Shown: positions 1 through 11,684 of the stretch, one piece after another
Position numbering within the stretch: the stretch's first letter is position 1
Layout: each line of letters begins with the position of its first letter
Assembly: GCA_973895155.1 (NCBI GenBank)
Contig: OZ316894.1
Location: 14,996,699 to 15,060,698 of the forward strand
Length of the DNA: 64,000 bases
DNA from: Marsupella aquatica
Taxonomy: Eukaryota; Plantae; Marchantiophyta
Direction of reading: 5' to 3'
Notes under the pieces: model-generated
Seen by the model: only the letters and a program-made list of their open reading frames with translations
What the model was told of the DNA's origin: nothing
The model's database searches: none
Program-made: the position numbers and the translations under genes

Positions 1-789
1 ACCGGTCCGTGGTTGGAGCCGACTTTGGCGTCAAAGATTGTCCTCTGAAGCTGAAGGTGACAAAGCCCACCGACCCGGCTTCAAAGTCAGGGGAGACTTC
101 TGGAACTCCCTTGACAAAACAGAAATCTGCCCCCGTCTCTTTTAAGGAACCGGCAAAGAGGAAGCTTGTAGATCAACTCTCTGGGCAAGGTTTGAAAGCA
201 GTGGTCTCAGAAGATGCTGCTGGAAAGAAGAAACTGGATCAACGGGAGATCCAGAAGCGCGCACCATCTGCACCCGAAAGTGTTCTCATCTTTGGTCCCA
301 CCAAATTTAGAGAGACCGTCTCAGATTCTTGTAAATTCTTTCGGTGGGCCTTCTCTATCATCGAAGGGTGCAGTTCAAGAAAAGAAAAAAGATTCAACAG
401 ACATCACTACCGCTTTGCAGCATGAAGAGATGTGACACCGCCGGTATGGCGGTTAATGAGTGATTCGGTCTAACTGCGCTCGGCACGCGCGTTAGGAGTA
501 TCTTAGACCGCTATTATTAGCATAACGACAGTATTTAGGTGATCATTATGGGTAGGATATCATTAGGTAATAAGGGGGAATTCAGGTTCGGACTGGCGGC
601 TGGTCGCTATTCGCACACCCGGGTTACGAGCGTGGAGGGGCCCCTCCCCCGGGTCCGTATAACGAACTTAAGGAAGCGGCCACTGACACGCGCTGACTCA
701 GACCGGCGGAGTGGCCGGCACACCACAAGCGTGAGCGGTTCAGCCTATGGGTGTCGAGGAGACGTCGGGGGATCAACAAGCCCTCAAGG

Positions 790-797
790 TATAAAAG
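790..797 (+). promoter_or_regulatory. TATA box (TATAAAAG) of the 431-4433 element
   Basis: GGTATAAAAGGGG about 105 bp upstream of ATG 898; typical LTR TATA context. AATAAA at 3842 lies downstream of the ORF. Confidence 0.55.
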
Positions 798-897
798 GGG
801 AGCCAACCCTTTGTAGTGCACCAGTCCATCAGTCCACGCGCCAGCTTCGACCCCAGCTCTCTCGTTTGCTCTAAGTCGCCACTACTATCTCCTCTGA

Positions 898-3534
898 ATG
901 TCGCACACGATCCTCTCCAGCTTGGCCATTCGATTCTGGATGCAGTTCCTATCTACCGGAAGGCACTTGGCCGACTCATTGAAACACGCCAACCCGCGCT
1001 GATACGAAATCGAACGCGAGTACGAGAGAGCCATCCGCCTAGCAGGACGACACCACTACATCCTTAACTTTGACTACCCGTCTCAGAGCGAGCTTTACCA
1101 ACCTGCAGAGGTATCCGGGTACTTCTTCAACGAAGACAAATATATCGGGTTCTGGGAAGCATTGCTTCGGCTTCCGGATGAGGTCTTCAATATCCCAGGT
1201 ACAATCGACTTGCAGCAACATCACTTCGACCACATCCCTGCTCAGGTTTGGGCTATCATCAACAGCGAGTCCAGCACTATCCGTTCGACAAGGTCGTCTG
1301 CACTCGCTTCGGAGAACTTCTACCAGCACCTACAGAGTTTCATAGGAACTCGGCCAACAACCAACATGACCAACTCAGTCGTACCCGTACCCGTACCCAT
1401 ACAACCTCAAGCTCAGCTTCAGCTTCAGCCTCAGCCGCAGCCTAGCCAAACCCCACCACCGATCGCCCAGCCAGCACAAGTACGCTCCGTCATCAATGCT
1501 GTGGATATTAGCGATGACGACGAGGCTACCCTACCCTTGACCAGGCGGCCAAGAGGAGCAAGCGCTCAGGGGGCCGACACTATATCGTCCCCACCCCCTG
1601 CTCTGACCCCAGGAGCGGCCCCAACAGACAACATGGTGACCGTGGCCGACCCGGGCCCGTTACTAACGGCAGTGGCACTACCCAGGCCCGATCGGGAGTT
1701 TGGGGAGGTGTCACCTTCCCCGAGCCAGTCACGGGGGAAGAAGAGGAAGGAATCCGCCACTGCATCCGGGTTACCGTTGGCCACGGTAGCCGTGGCCAAG
1801 GTGACGATGCACCGCATGGGGGAAAACGTTCACAAAAACATCCTCCATCCCAAGCATGCGGTGTACTTGAAGACTCAGGGATTCGAGCACCTCGCCTCCC
1901 TCCCCTCGAACACTTGCAGGTACTACAGGGAGGACATGACGGAGTTCGTCAGGAATTATGACGACGCGCGTCAACATACTCGGCTGCGGGGAAGGAGTAT
2001 GTCCCTCATGGAAGAACGGCTCAGGATGATCTTCGGGTTACCCGAAGGTGACCATCGAGTTGAATCACGGGCTCCCGGGGGCAAGGGAGCCAAGTACCAA
2101 TCTTCAAGTTTTCCCTCAGAGGGAGCAGTGGACAACGGGTTCGTGATGAAGACCTGCCTCATCCCCGAGATAGTTGAGCGACTGGAGTTCCAGAGGTACG
2201 CCCTCCACATGATGGAACCCCGGGGGGAGATCTCCGCCGCCCAGGTTATCCAGGTCGAGAACTATCGACCTAGGAGGTGGGCGTCGTACTTCGCTAAGAA
2301 ATTCCATGAAGAGATGGAGCGGCGAAGGAAGACGCTGTACATTGGCGGGAAGGCATATTTCGCTAGCCACATCAAGATCATTCTTGAGTGGTACGCCCGG
2401 TTTGATCGACGAACCCTTCCCCGTGTCAACGTTACAAAGCTGGTCCCAGCTAGGTGGGTTTTCCCGGCCTTGGAGAGGCGGCCCCAACCCGAGGCCCGAA
2501 GTCCAGCGGACACGCCAGCTTCACCCACCCCACCTCCACAAGTAGTTGTAGTCGTAACCGAGGAGGTACCGGATGGGTCGGGTGTCGCAACCGTTGATGC
2601 GACCCAACAGGCCGGGCTAAGTACAGAAGTCGGTACGGCGGAGGTCTTACCCGAACCCGGTTCTCCCAAAGACCCACCGGTGGCTATCCCGGAGAACCGG
2701 ACATTGCTACAGGAGGACGCTCCAGCCCCTTCCAACGTTACGTCCCCAGGGCTGGACGTCACTGCCCCGGCCCCCGCGCGTGTTGACGTCTGCCCGTGCC
2801 CAACTCCGAACAGGCACAACTTGGACCACCCGGAACTTTTCGTACAGGGTATATTTCTGAACGGGCTTCTGGGAGATTTCTCTCATCAGATTGCCCGGGA
2901 TACCGGGGAGTTCATGGCCCGGAAGGTAGCCTGTTTCTTCAATCAGGAGTTGGTTGCCGTAGTAAAGGCAGGACGGGCCCAGTCAGAGGCCCTTCAGATG
3001 ATAGAGCGGTACCGGGTGGAGTCCGTGTACCTAAAGAACAAAGTTGCGGCTCAAGAGGCTGAGCTTCAGCAACTACGACCCAAGGTTGCAGCCGCCGATG
3101 AGTTGTTAGCAAAGGCGCACGCTCTTACCGCCCTAGCCGAACAGGCCAAAGCTGGGAACGAGGCCGAGATTACACGACTCCGGAACCAGATTGACAGTTT
3201 GAAGAATCAAACTGTCACCTGGCAGAAAGACCTGGAGGAGGCCGAGGAACGGGCCCAACGGGACACGGCGGAGATAGCCACGCTGCAGGCCGAGGTGGCG
3301 CGGCTCCAAACCGAGGCCGAGAAGCAGGACCAGCTGGCGGGTAAACTGACAAGTGACGCCCAGTAGTTGGAGGAGGCTTGTCAGGAGGCAGCAGAGGAGA
3401 CGGACGCGGCGAGGCGAGAGAACGAATCTCTGTTGGACCAGGTCCAGCTCCTCAAGGCGGACAATGACAGGCTTCGAAGGCAGCGGGATGGCCGCTCCCA
3501 TTCAGGCGGCTCTGGCAAGCGTGCCAGGCATTAG
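898..3534 (+). CDS. Element-encoded protein (reconstructed ~878 codons; track ORF 1162-3366): conserved globular domain, Pro-rich linkers, C-terminal coiled coil
   Basis: One frame from ATG 898 to TAG 3532-3534, broken only by TGA 1000-1002 and TAG 3364-3366; both are one C>T change from CGA/CAG. The heptad pattern continues past 3366 (LEEACQEAAEETDAARRENESLLDQVQLLKADNDRLRRQ). Confidence 0.75.
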
Positions 3535-5510
3535 CGGCGGAGTAGGAATAGATTAGGATTAGGACTAGCTTAGTCAGGTTCTTGGGACAGGCACCTGCCT
3601 TCGGTACAGCATTGCTGCCATGCTGTCCAGCCTGCGTAGATTAGGATCTTCTAATAAGACACAGCCGTTTCCGGCCTGACTGTCAGCTTAGTTAAGACCT
3701 TAGTCAATGAATCTTCGGTGAGAGGACACCCCGTCCCTCGTCCCTTAGTATTTAGTGCACCCCTCGGTAGAGGCAAGGGGGGGGGGTTTTAGTTGCAGAG
3801 TTGGGCGTCCGCGATAGATGCGGGGAGTCCCGACCTCTAGGAATAAAAGAGTACCAAGGGGAGGGGGTAGGACTAAGCTCGCCGGGCGAGTGCGAAGCCG
3901 GGCTCCGTTGTAGTGTGCACCCTCGGCCTTGAACCTGTTCATTCCGGGGCTGTCGGGTCAACTAAGTGTACGCGTATGTTCCCTTTGTAGTAAAATCCTT
4001 TCCCATCATTTTCCTTCGTGTAAATCAAGATTGTATGCATGTGTGCGTGTATGTGTGTGGGTTTCTCGTATATGGGTGGCAGCGCCAGGCCGAACGCACT
4101 ACCTGAGACATGCACAGGGTGCAGCCTACGGGTAAGTGGTTGCGAGCACGGGTTGAGGACCTGTATCATCGAATCCGGATCGAAGGCGGATAGCACGAAG
4201 GCTTAGAAGCCCTTAAGCTGGGGTCGATCCTGCTATCGACTAAGGTACGTTCCGGCGGCGGAACACAAACCATACCTAGGAGGTGTCCATATTTAGCAGT
4301 ATGCGCACTTAGCGCTAGTTTACGAGAGGAAGGTGCATTACGTGCTTCCCTTCCTGCCCGAACCCTCGAATTTACGAGGGATATGCCCGTCTAAGCTGAA
4401 GTCTGAGTTAAGGCCGCAGCCGATGACGTGACAAGAGACGCTTGTGTTTTGAGAAGAAGTGGCTCGGTTGATGGAGACGAAGAGAGTTCAGAAGACAACA
4501 GTTATTCTGAAAACAACTAACCTACTTCTTGTTGACAATATTGATGACAAGAACTCAACATTGGTTCGAACGGTTGATTGGTTGCATGTAGAGAACATCA
4601 AGACATTGATGAAAATGAATCCAAAAATTTTCACCACACCATTTGTCTTGTTTGTGATTCCCAAAGACTGCCCGACAGTCTCGGACTGGGACCCACAAAA
4701 GGCATTGAGCTGGAGATAGCGGGTGATTGGTGGTAATCATGGTGCTTGGGCTAAGAGAGAATTGTATGAGGCATATGGGAGAGAGATCTTCAATGAACTT
4801 CAAGCTTGGGTGTATGCTGGTCTCTCGAAGGAGGACATGCAAAAACTTAGCATCCAACATAATATTGATCAGGAGTCCAGGAAAAAGATGAACAACATTG
4901 ATCAAATTTGAACAATGCATAAGATTTTCCTTGCCAGAGGGATGGCAAAAACCAAGGAGACCAGAGAAGCGTGTGCCTTGGAGGTGTGTCTCAACGGGTT
5001 TTTTCCCGGGGATGCCATCAGCCTGAAGAAGTATGAACCTCTCTTCCAAATTGCCTTTAGATTGGGTAAGGTCTGGGAACTCCAAGACCAGATCTTTGAA
5101 TTGTGGAACCGGTTGGAGATCAAAGGGCAAAATAAGCAGAAGTCACCAATCAAGAAACTCAAGAAAGGAAAAGGAAAAGCGCAGCCCATACCAAAATCTT
5201 TGAACAAGCTCGCAAGGGACCTTACCCTGACACCTTGGAGAGCAATCCAGGGAATCAAACAAGATCAATTTTTGGAGTCCCTTCTTCTTCAAGTGAAGGA
5301 CCATATGATATCTCTCGAGCAGATGGCAAAAGAAGCCGAGAGTTACAAGAAACTTGTTAAAATTAGCAAGCTTTTTGTTTAGTTGTCAGGGCAACCAGAT
5401 TGGGCGACGTGCAAACAAATGTTTCCAAAGGAAACAGAATTGGCCGAGCTCAAAAGATGGAGTGGGAAGTTGTCTGATGTGGTATGTTCTCCCCCTCCAT
5501 TGATTTGTTG

Positions 5511-6200
5511 TTTGAATGCGGAGTGGGATACGGGGTATCCCCTGCCGGATTCACTTGGGGTGTTTGAACACTGAATTTTTCTTTGGGTATTTGAGGTTTG
5601 AATGCGAAGTGGGATACGGGGTATCCCATCTTGGATTCACTTTGGGTTTTTGAACACTGAAGGTTTCCGTAAGGTATTTGAGGTTTGAATGCAAAGTGGG
5701 ATACGGGCGGGGCAGGTGAGTGTTTTTTTTAGTGGCAAAAATTCGCTAGATTCCACCTCCCCAAAAATCCTTCGCCACTTTTGGCTAAAATTTGCTACTT
5801 TTTTGCTGTCTCATTAGCCAGTGTTCCACCTAATCCCAGGCCCCTTTAGCCAGAATCTAACGGTCCGCCTTAAATTTAGGGAGATCTGACGGTCAAGAAC
5901 ATAATTGAATACAGAATCTTTTAAGCATCTCCTTGACACACTTTACATTCGCCACCTTGGTGAAAAAGTGAAATCCTTAAAAAAAACACTGATACAGGGT
6001 ATCCCATCTTGGATTCACTTCTTGTTTTTGAACACTGTGGAGGTTTTCGTAGGGTATTTGAGGTTTGAATGCAAAGTGGGATACGGGGTATCCCATACCG
6101 AATTCACTTTTGGAGCTTTTCCATTGGGGTCGTTTCTATGTGGTTTTTGCTTGTTTGAATGCGAGTTTGGGTACTGCGTATCCCATGTCGCATTCATCCT
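5511..6200. repeat. ~86-bp tandem repeat with internal hairpin (GGGATAC-GGG-GTATCCC), about 5 units, inside the MTase intron
   Basis: TTTGAATGC...GTGGGATACGGGGTATCCC...ATTCAC units start near 5511, 5597, 5684, 6064 and 6153. Confidence 0.85.
5718..5991. mobile_element. MITE-like insertion (~274 bp) splitting one repeat unit
   Basis: Terminal inverted repeats (G)AGTGTTTTTTTT / AAAAAAAACACTG. Non-coding. No clean TSD seen. Confidence 0.6.
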
Positions 6201-7562
6201 GAAGATTTGATTACTTTCCAACATGATTATGTTATTTTGAATGCGCAAATTGTTTAGGCTCCCCATTTTCTTTTCTCTGTATTCGTTTAACAAGTTCTTG
6301 TTTGCAGTTGAAAGCCTTTTCAAAGAAGAAGAACAAAGAAGCAATTGGTAACGATGTGGTTGAGAAGCCTTCAGAGGAGCTGACTTCAAGTGTTATTCCC
6401 CTTAGGTTTAAGAATTATGTTCAAGAGGCGATTGAGAACTACAACCATCATCGTGGGATTGACACGTTGAATCAGAGTCGAGTGACCATTGGTGGAAAAA
6501 TGCTGATGGAAATTTCATCAGATATACATTGCATTGTGGAGATGTTAGGGCGTTGGACAAGTTTGTAGAGAAAAGGAATTACACACTTGTGATTGCAGAC
6601 ATTCAGTATGGATTCAATGCGCCTGGCTCTTAAAATGATGAGGTCCCATTTTTGGAGAATGATATTGTGAATATGGTGAAGTGTTTTGCCAATGTGACAA
6701 GCTCAAAGATGTGGAGGTTTGTTGTTGTTCACTCTTTGTAGCAAACTAGGTTTGTGATGAATGCTCTGGGAAAAACTTGTAATGCTTGTAGAGGCAAGAA
6801 TTTGGGAGAAGCCAAATGTACATGCTCATCCTTCTGGGAATAGATTGACCTAGGCTTTTGAAAACTGGTCAATCGGATATTATCACGAGAGTGGTATTAG
6901 GACTAGAGAGATGTACAATTTTGAACATGACGAAAAAGGGTAAACATCATAAAAGTCCCCTGTGTTACAAAGAAATGTGTAACACCGTTGGGGGAAATAG
7001 TGAACCCTTACCAGAAGCCAATAGCTCTAGTAGATTGGTTCATTCAACATTTTAGTGAAGTAGGGGATTGGGTTGCTGACTTATGTGCTGGTAGTGGTTT
7101 GACCTCATGCGCTGCCTTGTTAGGAAAATGTCCGGTTACAGCTGTAGAGCTGAGTGCAACCCAGGTGGACTGTATCCGGACCCGACTTGTCACGCTTGAT
7201 GAATCTTGGGACTTGAATGATGATTGAAGCAATCGAGGAGGGTACCGGGCCCATGAGCTTTGAAGTTCAACCACCTATTGGTGGTACTACTAGCACCCTC
7301 ACCACTGGAACTTGCATCATCACAACCGCGAAGGAGAACAACAATGATGAGGATGAAGAGGAGGAAGTGGAACCTAAAGCTCCAGCACTTGATCTCAACG
7401 ATTTCCTTGAGGTGTAGACTTAAGTTTTTTAGATCTCTGATGTAAATTGTATATTATATTGATCTAGACTTGTGAAATATTGAGTAAGATTATGATCAGA
7501 CTATGTTCTTATTTCACTAAGTAATGTCTTTGGAGGAAAAAAGGAGGATTTTGTATTGAAAC

Positions 7563-8436
7563 ATGTTCTGCATAGATTCTCACACCATCCTTCTAGTGGG
7601 TTTCTTTTGGACCAAAAAATATTGAACCAACTTGAACCTGGTCAATATTTGGGTAATGAAATTATGGAATTTTATCCACAATTAATAATCAAGGAACATG
7701 GAGATCGGCACCCTTTGTAAACACATTATCCTTGTTTTTTTATCCTAAGTGGCTTGTTTCAAGGATTGAAATAGAACCTGCTGAGACCTTGTTGGAATCA
7801 ATTCAAAAGATGCAAAGTTATTACAAGCCACCATTTTCCAAAATTGAGGTCATTCTCATGCCAATTCACATGACCATGCACTGGAGTCTGGTTGTAATAT
7901 GTTTGGATCGGATTGAATCTTTGATCAAAATGTATCATCTAGACTCTCTCGCCGGTCTACACACAACTCATGTAATTGGATCAACACTAAACAGGTATGT
8001 ATATATTTTATTACATATTTTCCATTTGAAATTATTTATTTGGTAATTATATGTGAACAGTTTGGACTAAGAACTTTGAATGATAATTTGCAGATACTTT
8101 ACACTTGAATGAGAGTTATTTTTTGGAAAAGTTCTAATGGGAGTTGTGGAGATTTACAATCCAATGGTAAGGATTTGAAAAATTATTTGAAATTTTATTT
8201 AGTTCAATAATTGAATATAAAATACTAAATTTAAGATTATTAAACAACCAAACGACTCAGATTGTGGTCTATTTGTTCTTCAAAATATGGACAAAATCAA
8301 AATTCAATGGCATATTACACAATGCCTTGATGCACAGTCTTTATTTACCAAAAAATGGTACAATGTCAAAAGGGGGTGTAACCTTAGGAAGTTCATTCGA
8401 GATCAAATTCTCAAATTGATGCATGTACCTATTTAA
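7563..8436 (+). pseudogene. Ulp1/C48 SUMO-protease-like gene (transposon cargo), degenerate, with introns
   Basis: LEPGQYLGNEIMEFY, VILMPIHMTMHWSLVVI, HLDSLAG (7732-8046) and KQPNDSDCGLFVLQNM (8242-8289) give the H-D-Q-C catalytic pattern. Confidence 0.85.
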
Positions 8437-8646
8437 GGACATCAAATCTCAATCCTCTGAAGGTGAAGAACCTCACTCTAATATAGTAGACTCTATAATC
8501 TTTTTAGTTTTTGCTGCTATTTGATTAGTACTTAAAAGCGCAAAGTTGTACGCATACACCGTTGTTGAAGAGAGAACTAGTTCATCTTGGAGAAACCGAT
8601 TATATGTATTATTTTTCTCTGGAAAATATTTCCCATCAATGGCAGA

Positions 8647-10674
8647 CTAAGCACTTGCCTCAGTTGTGTACCATGTGAGTTTGATTCTCTCAGGAATGTC
8701 TTCGGTTCTTGTCAAAATCTTTGACACCTTTGCCATCCAAAATAACTTGCCTTCTAGATCCTTGTGTGCTGCTGCACATATCATTGTTAACTTCCAAATC
8801 TCTGAAATCCCCAAATTCAGCTTGCTTTCATCGAGGTCCGGTGTACATAATTCTTTGTGGTCCAACAACTTTGTCAACCAAAGTTGGATCAACACCTTCA
8901 GCAATTTCATTTCTCACCCTTGGAAGTGTTGGACTTTGATTTTGTTGCGGCCAAACCCACTCAAATAACCACTCACCCTCTTGTAGGTGGTTTTTGATAA
9001 TATCTTTTTGTTTCTAAAAAAACTCATCCACCAAAGTTTATCTTCATTGTCAAAGTAATTGAAATCTTCTTGAATAGCTTTTTGATATTTCACCAGAGTA
9101 GTTAATGCACCAGCTGTATTGGAAGATTCCTGGACATCATCCCTCTCAACACCTTTTGCTGACTTCAATGATATTTGTGCAACAACCCACATTCTTGAAG
9201 TTGGAATGTAATTGACAAACGTCACTGCATCTCCCCAATCCAGGGTCGTGGACAGATGTTTCCCATGAAATGTTGTCTCTTCATTTCCATCCTCCATGAC
9301 TCGTTTGAATTTGAATTGTCTTTGAAACATAATGAGATTGAGATCTCTCAAGACTCGGCCTGCGACTCCCTTCTCATTTGGCTGGTCGGTTCCATTGACA
9401 AATTTTTGAAAATCAGCTACTTCATCCACAAATATGAGAGAAGCTTCAGGGGAATATGCTCGTCGAATAATATCTTCAAGAGTCTCCAAGCAAAATGCTT
9501 TGTGCTTGTTTAACCTAGACAAAAATTTACTAAACATCTGATCTATTTGGTCATGTGTATGACCGACCAACAATAAACTTACTTTTATCTTGTCAAAAAT
9601 CTTCAAATTTACTAGCATGTGAAGATAAGCCATCAAGAATTAATTCTTGTTTTCCCTAGTGGTATTATCCAATTGAAGATATAACACTCTTGGTAATGTC
9701 CCATCCCATGTATTCAAGACATTTTGAATAACATGTATGGTCAAGTTTGCATCATTGTGGATATTGGGATATGTCAAAAATACTTTTGCTGCAAGGTTCC
9801 TGTTGAAGATGAGACAACCTACAACATGTATTGGAATGAAATATTTTTCATCCATGTTCTTTGGACAACGAAGAAAATGTGGTAGCTCTATTTTCTTTTG
9901 ATCCATACCATCTATACAAATACCCAAATACTTGTTGGGTTCATCATAGCATTTTTTACAATGCTTAGCTAACTTCATCCTTTCCAATGATTGTACTTTT
10001 CGATGCTCCATAAGGGCATTGATGTACTTTCCTGAAATGATACAATAACAATGAATTAAAAATCAATAAACCTTGACAAATATTTGAGTACATGTCATGA
10101 AATTAGAATTGAAGGTTATAGTTAGTGAACTTACTTTTATCCTCTTCAGTTTTGCTTCGTCTCGAAGAGCCTTGAATTCGGTACAAGGACCACAAGTAGA
10201 AAATTGACTCCTTTTAGGAATTCGTACATTTGGGAACTTTTTTTTCCAAACCTGCAAAAAATAAGAATATGTAACTTGTTGCTCTTCTCGCAACATTGTT
10301 TCAGTTTCAAAGATTCCATGTATCTCTTGTTTTGTCCAATTGTCTGGCAAGTGATGAATCTCTTTATGGGGAAGACTATCCATATTTTTTGAAAAAATCT
10401 TTCAACCATTCCACCAAGTTTAGAAATGAAGGTGAGTCTTCCTTGCAAAAGGTATCTCGTTCAATCCTTGTAAACATGTTTGCATGGATTGTTGCCAATC
10501 TATTATTACCTAAAGAATATAGTTTCTTGAATCCTCCTCTACATGTAGGTTGTCCATTTACAGTATATCCACGAGAAGTACTACAATTGTTCATGATACA
10601 CCTCGTAGCAAAATATTTTTCTGCAAGTGTTTAAGACCAAAATAATACTTGCGTTGTTTTGAGCATTCCTCTAG
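8647..10674 (-). pseudogene. DUF7869/Sola-like DDE transposase, degenerate, 5' end truncated at a CACTA terminus
   Basis: FSTCGPCTEF, GICIDGMDQ, VLYLQLDNTTRENKN and LLVGHTHDQIDQMFS across ORFs 10063-10383, 9640-10011 and 8914-9636. In-frame stop at 9640, a frameshift and introns. Confidence 0.75.
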
Positions 10675-10705
10675 CACTAGAAGAAACCGGGCCATTCTGA
10701 GACCC
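10675..10705 (+). mobile_element. Orphan CACTA terminal inverted repeat
   Basis: CACTAGAAGAAACCGGGCCATTCTGAGACC resembles the TIR at 17025 (CACTAGTAGAAACCGGGG...TTTAGACC). It lies exactly where the DUF7869 reading frame stops. Confidence 0.7.
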
Positions 10706-10909
10706 TGCCTTAAGTGACTCCATTGAGACCTTCCAAAATTTGTGACTCCTAGATTGTTGGTGTCATTTTAGTTACAAGTGTTGGACTGAGTTTTGGAGAA
10801 TTCTTGGGAAGTCATTTCTATAACTATTGTGGAAGTTGCAACTATAACTAAGTTTAGCCAATAAGAATGAAGTTTGTTAAGTCCTCACATACCATTTGGG
10901 ATATATCAC

Positions 10910-11044
10910 CATTTTCTTAGTTTACCTGGATATTCTACTCGTGAGGTATGCCTTCATTTTCTTAGTTTACCTGGATATTCTACTCGTGAGGTATGCCTTC
11001 ATTTTCTTAGTTTACCTGGATATTCTACTCGTGAGGTATGCCTT
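10910..11044. repeat. 45-bp tandem repeat x3
   Basis: CATTTTCTTAGTTTACCTGGATATTCTACTCGTGAGGTATGCCTT at 10910, 10955 and 11000. Confidence 0.9.
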
Positions 11045-11684
11045 TAAAAGAGTAAGATAAAGGGGAACATTGGGAAGAGACCGACAGGCCACATGGGGGA
11101 ACGGTAGCGAGAAAGGAGGGGTGGAGCTTGATGGTCACCAAATATTCAAACAGGGTCGCCTTGCTTGATTCGCAAACTTTCACTTAGGATGTAGATTAAA
11201 GCATTAGAATGCGAGCTTCAATCACTATGGAAAAGTAGGTTTTTGCTGGGTGGCCGAGGAGGTTTAACCCAGGTTAAGGGTAGACTCAACCTTGGGTTGT
11301 AACACTCCCCCTTGGTTGTACCGTGGAAACATGTTATGTGCAACCAACAAGTCTACCATATATGTGGAGTGTAATTTTTGTATCTTTAAGATATGGCCTA
11401 ATGAAAAGGAGAAGAAATTAGGGGGGGATGTAACCTCATTAAAACCTCCCCTACTTTCTTTTGGGAGGATAGAGTGTTACCATCCCTCCTATTCTATAGT
11501 ATAATGTAATTGGTTTGTGAGGTAAAGTTTAAGTAGACTAAGTGGTCTTTAGGCTCTTTTGAGGTGAAGTGTAAACATAAGTAGACTGTGTAAACATAAG
11601 TAGACTGTGTAAACTAAGGTAAGTGGTGTATGGGTCTGTAAAGCTATTCGGCCAAGTTAGGTTGTTGTAAAGCTAGTCGTAGTT

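Larger units (their letters stand above)
431..4433 (+). mobile_element. 4003-bp TG...CA element (giant solo-LTR-like) containing a long ORF
   Basis: Begins TGTGACACC, ends GACGTGACA. 5-bp TSD AGAGA at 426-430 and 4434-4438. No gag/pol and no terminal direct repeat pair seen. It interrupts the ParB-MTase gene. Confidence 0.88.
9..7227 (+). pseudogene. Degenerate ParB/Srx-like + beta-class N6-adenine/N4-cytosine DNA methyltransferase gene, interrupted by the 431-4433 insertion and an intron (5482-6307)
   Basis: ParB-like segment LVRTVDWLHVENIK...RVIGGNHGAWAKREL...WVYAGLS (4459-4911). MTase motifs: LHCGDVRALDKFVEKRNYTLVIADIQYG (~6530-6612; DIQY at the DPPY position), IWEKPN (~6800), NPYQKPIALVDWFIQHFSEVGDWVADLCAGSGLTSCAA (6988-7227). 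Several stops and frameshifts. GTATGT...TTTGCAG intron joins KLSDV|LKAF in frame. Confidence 0.8.

Noticed and set aside
2262-2819. This and the many other short ORFs overlapping long ORFs on the opposite strand or frame
   Set aside because: Shadow ORFs of GC-rich coding sequence with no recognisable motifs.
5511-6200. CRISPR-like array of palindromic repeats
   Set aside because: The intervening sequences are also repeated (no unique spacers), the period is ~86 bp, there are no cas genes and it lies in a eukaryotic intron.
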